This document shows, in pieces, positions 63,092-64,000 of a stretch of 64,000 nucleotides of DNA; positions within the stretch are counted from its first letter, which is position 1; the number at the start of each line of letters is the position of its first letter. A program made the position numbers and the translations under genes. A model generated the notes under the pieces. It did no database searches and was not told the DNA's origin. It saw only the letters and a list, made by a program, of their open reading frames with translations. Source of the stretch: Pirellula sp. (lineage in GTDB: Bacteria; Planctomycetota; Planctomycetia; Pirellulales; Pirellulaceae). The stretch spans positions 761 to 64,760 of the forward strand of contig JANMNR010000059.1 of the NCBI GenBank assembly GCA_031368325.1. The letters are read 5' to 3'.

Positions 63092-63447
63092 GCCCATAGG
63101 AATTCGCTTCGATCGACGACGCGGTATCCGATGTGCTTTATGCCGCACAGAATCATTTTGGTCGTCTATTTGATAAGCGGATTTATGAAACGAAATGGCG
63201 GAGCGACCGAGAGCCGAGAGAATGGCTGCAATCGGCTATTGTGGATACACGAGGCCGTTGCCTCCGACTGGCGAACACATTCGAACGGTAGGCTCTACAA
63301 CCAAGCGTTGACTCACTTCTGTGGTGGCGAATTGGCCTGTGTACGTCGCATCGAACTTTGGATAGGACCGGTCAGGCTCGGAAAGCATCTGGTACAGTTT
63401 GATGAACAGCGATTTGCATTTGTCGCGAGCATAAAACTGAATAGAGA
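63073..63447 (+). pseudogene. Remnant of a GxxExxY-like (PD-(D/E)XK-type) gene: in-frame stop, internal deletion and frameshift
   Basis: One frame gives SLSP*EFASIDDAVSDVLYAAQNHFGRLFDKRIYE... and a second frame gives DWRTHSNGRLYNQALTHFCGGELACVRRIEL...LGKHLVQF. From memory these resemble the N- and C-termini of planctomycete GxxExxY-type proteins. Confidence 0.55.
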
Positions 63448-64000
63448 CTATTCGAACACCAAGACGATCTTGCCGGCTAAGACACCTTGCTTTTGAATCG
63501 TGCTGGCTTCTTGAAGTCGATGGGCTTGGGCGGTTTCGCTCAACAGCATGATGCGATCGATTTGAGCTTTCAGTAGATCGGATGTCAGCCAATGATTGAT
63601 ATCGGAGGCGGCCACTTGCTGTTGGCTTGCTGAGGCTTTGAACATGGCAAAGCCGTGTAGCGAGCAGCCCTTGACGTAGAATGGTCCAACCGGAAAAGCG
63701 GGTCGTGCATCGCGTCCCGCCATGAGGATCATGCGCCCCTCTTCGCCCAATGCGCCGACTGCAAGTTCGAAATCTGGTTCACGCAATGTTTCCCAAAACA
63801 CGTTCACTCCCTGAGGTGCAAACTTCCGAATCTCTTCGGCAACGTTCCGTGTGTTGTAGTTAACGACAAAGTCGGCTCCTAACGCACGGCATCTTGCTAG
63901 CTTAGCCTCGTTTCCGGCTGTCGTGATGACGGTAGCACCGATCGCTTTGGCCATTTGAACGACCATGGAGCCAACGCCGCCGGTCCCACCTCGAACAAAA
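63448..64000 (-). CDS. NADPH:quinone reductase (MDR/zeta-crystallin family), C-terminal part; 5' end beyond the window
   Basis: The minus strand reads FVRGGTGGVGSMVVQMAKAIGATVITTAG...GADFVVNY...GKIVL. Confidence 0.88.
   Translation of the reverse strand, partial: FVRGGTGGVGSMVVQMAKAIGATVITTAGNEAKLARCRALGADFVVNYNTRNVAEEIRKFAPQGVNVFWETLREPDFELAVGALGEEGRMILMAGRDARPAFPVGPFYVKGCSLHGFAMFKASASQQQVAASDINHWLTSDLLKAQIDRIMLLSETAQAHRLQEASTIQKQGVLAGKIVLVFE

Noticed and set aside
63131-63496. 121-aa ORF treated as an intact gene
   Set aside because: Only its C-terminal part looks protein-like and it overlaps the convergent reductase; it is better explained as a pseudogene fragment.

Overview
Planctomycete (Pirellulaceae-like) chromosomal window, judged from the LEPRxLL-type export motif, DUF1559/HX9DG gene, Rhodopirellula-type ECF sigma, sulfatase and many Ser/Thr kinases. 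Nearly half of the window (4809-34805) is one uninterrupted ORF for a ~10,000-aa surface/secreted protein. It has FG-GAP-like motifs, autotransporter-passenger beta-helix repeats, inserted NHL, delta-60 and LamG modules, PKD domains, a ~57-unit RTX-like Gly/Asp repeat tract, a zinc-protease motif with a PPC domain, 5 MBG repeats and C-terminal RTX nonapeptides. It is bracketed on the same strand by two Ser/Thr kinases. The right half holds a CehA/McbA-type metallohydrolase, a sulfatase, an acyl-CoA dehydrogenase, a fasciclin protein and a coupled ACT + PanE-like pair. It also holds an ECF sigma/FecR pair divergent from a DUF1559 - lipoprotein - secreted FAD oxidoreductase - tandem FMN-binding/NosR-like membrane protein - ApbE cluster, a candidate undescribed extracytoplasmic redox system. 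It ends with pyk, an SDR, cdd, an Hsp70-like/DUF3731 gene, a decayed GxxExxY-like pseudogene and a partial NADPH:quinone reductase. No rRNA, tRNA, CRISPR array, transposase or integrase was recognised. All family assignments come from motif recognition by eye, not database searches.
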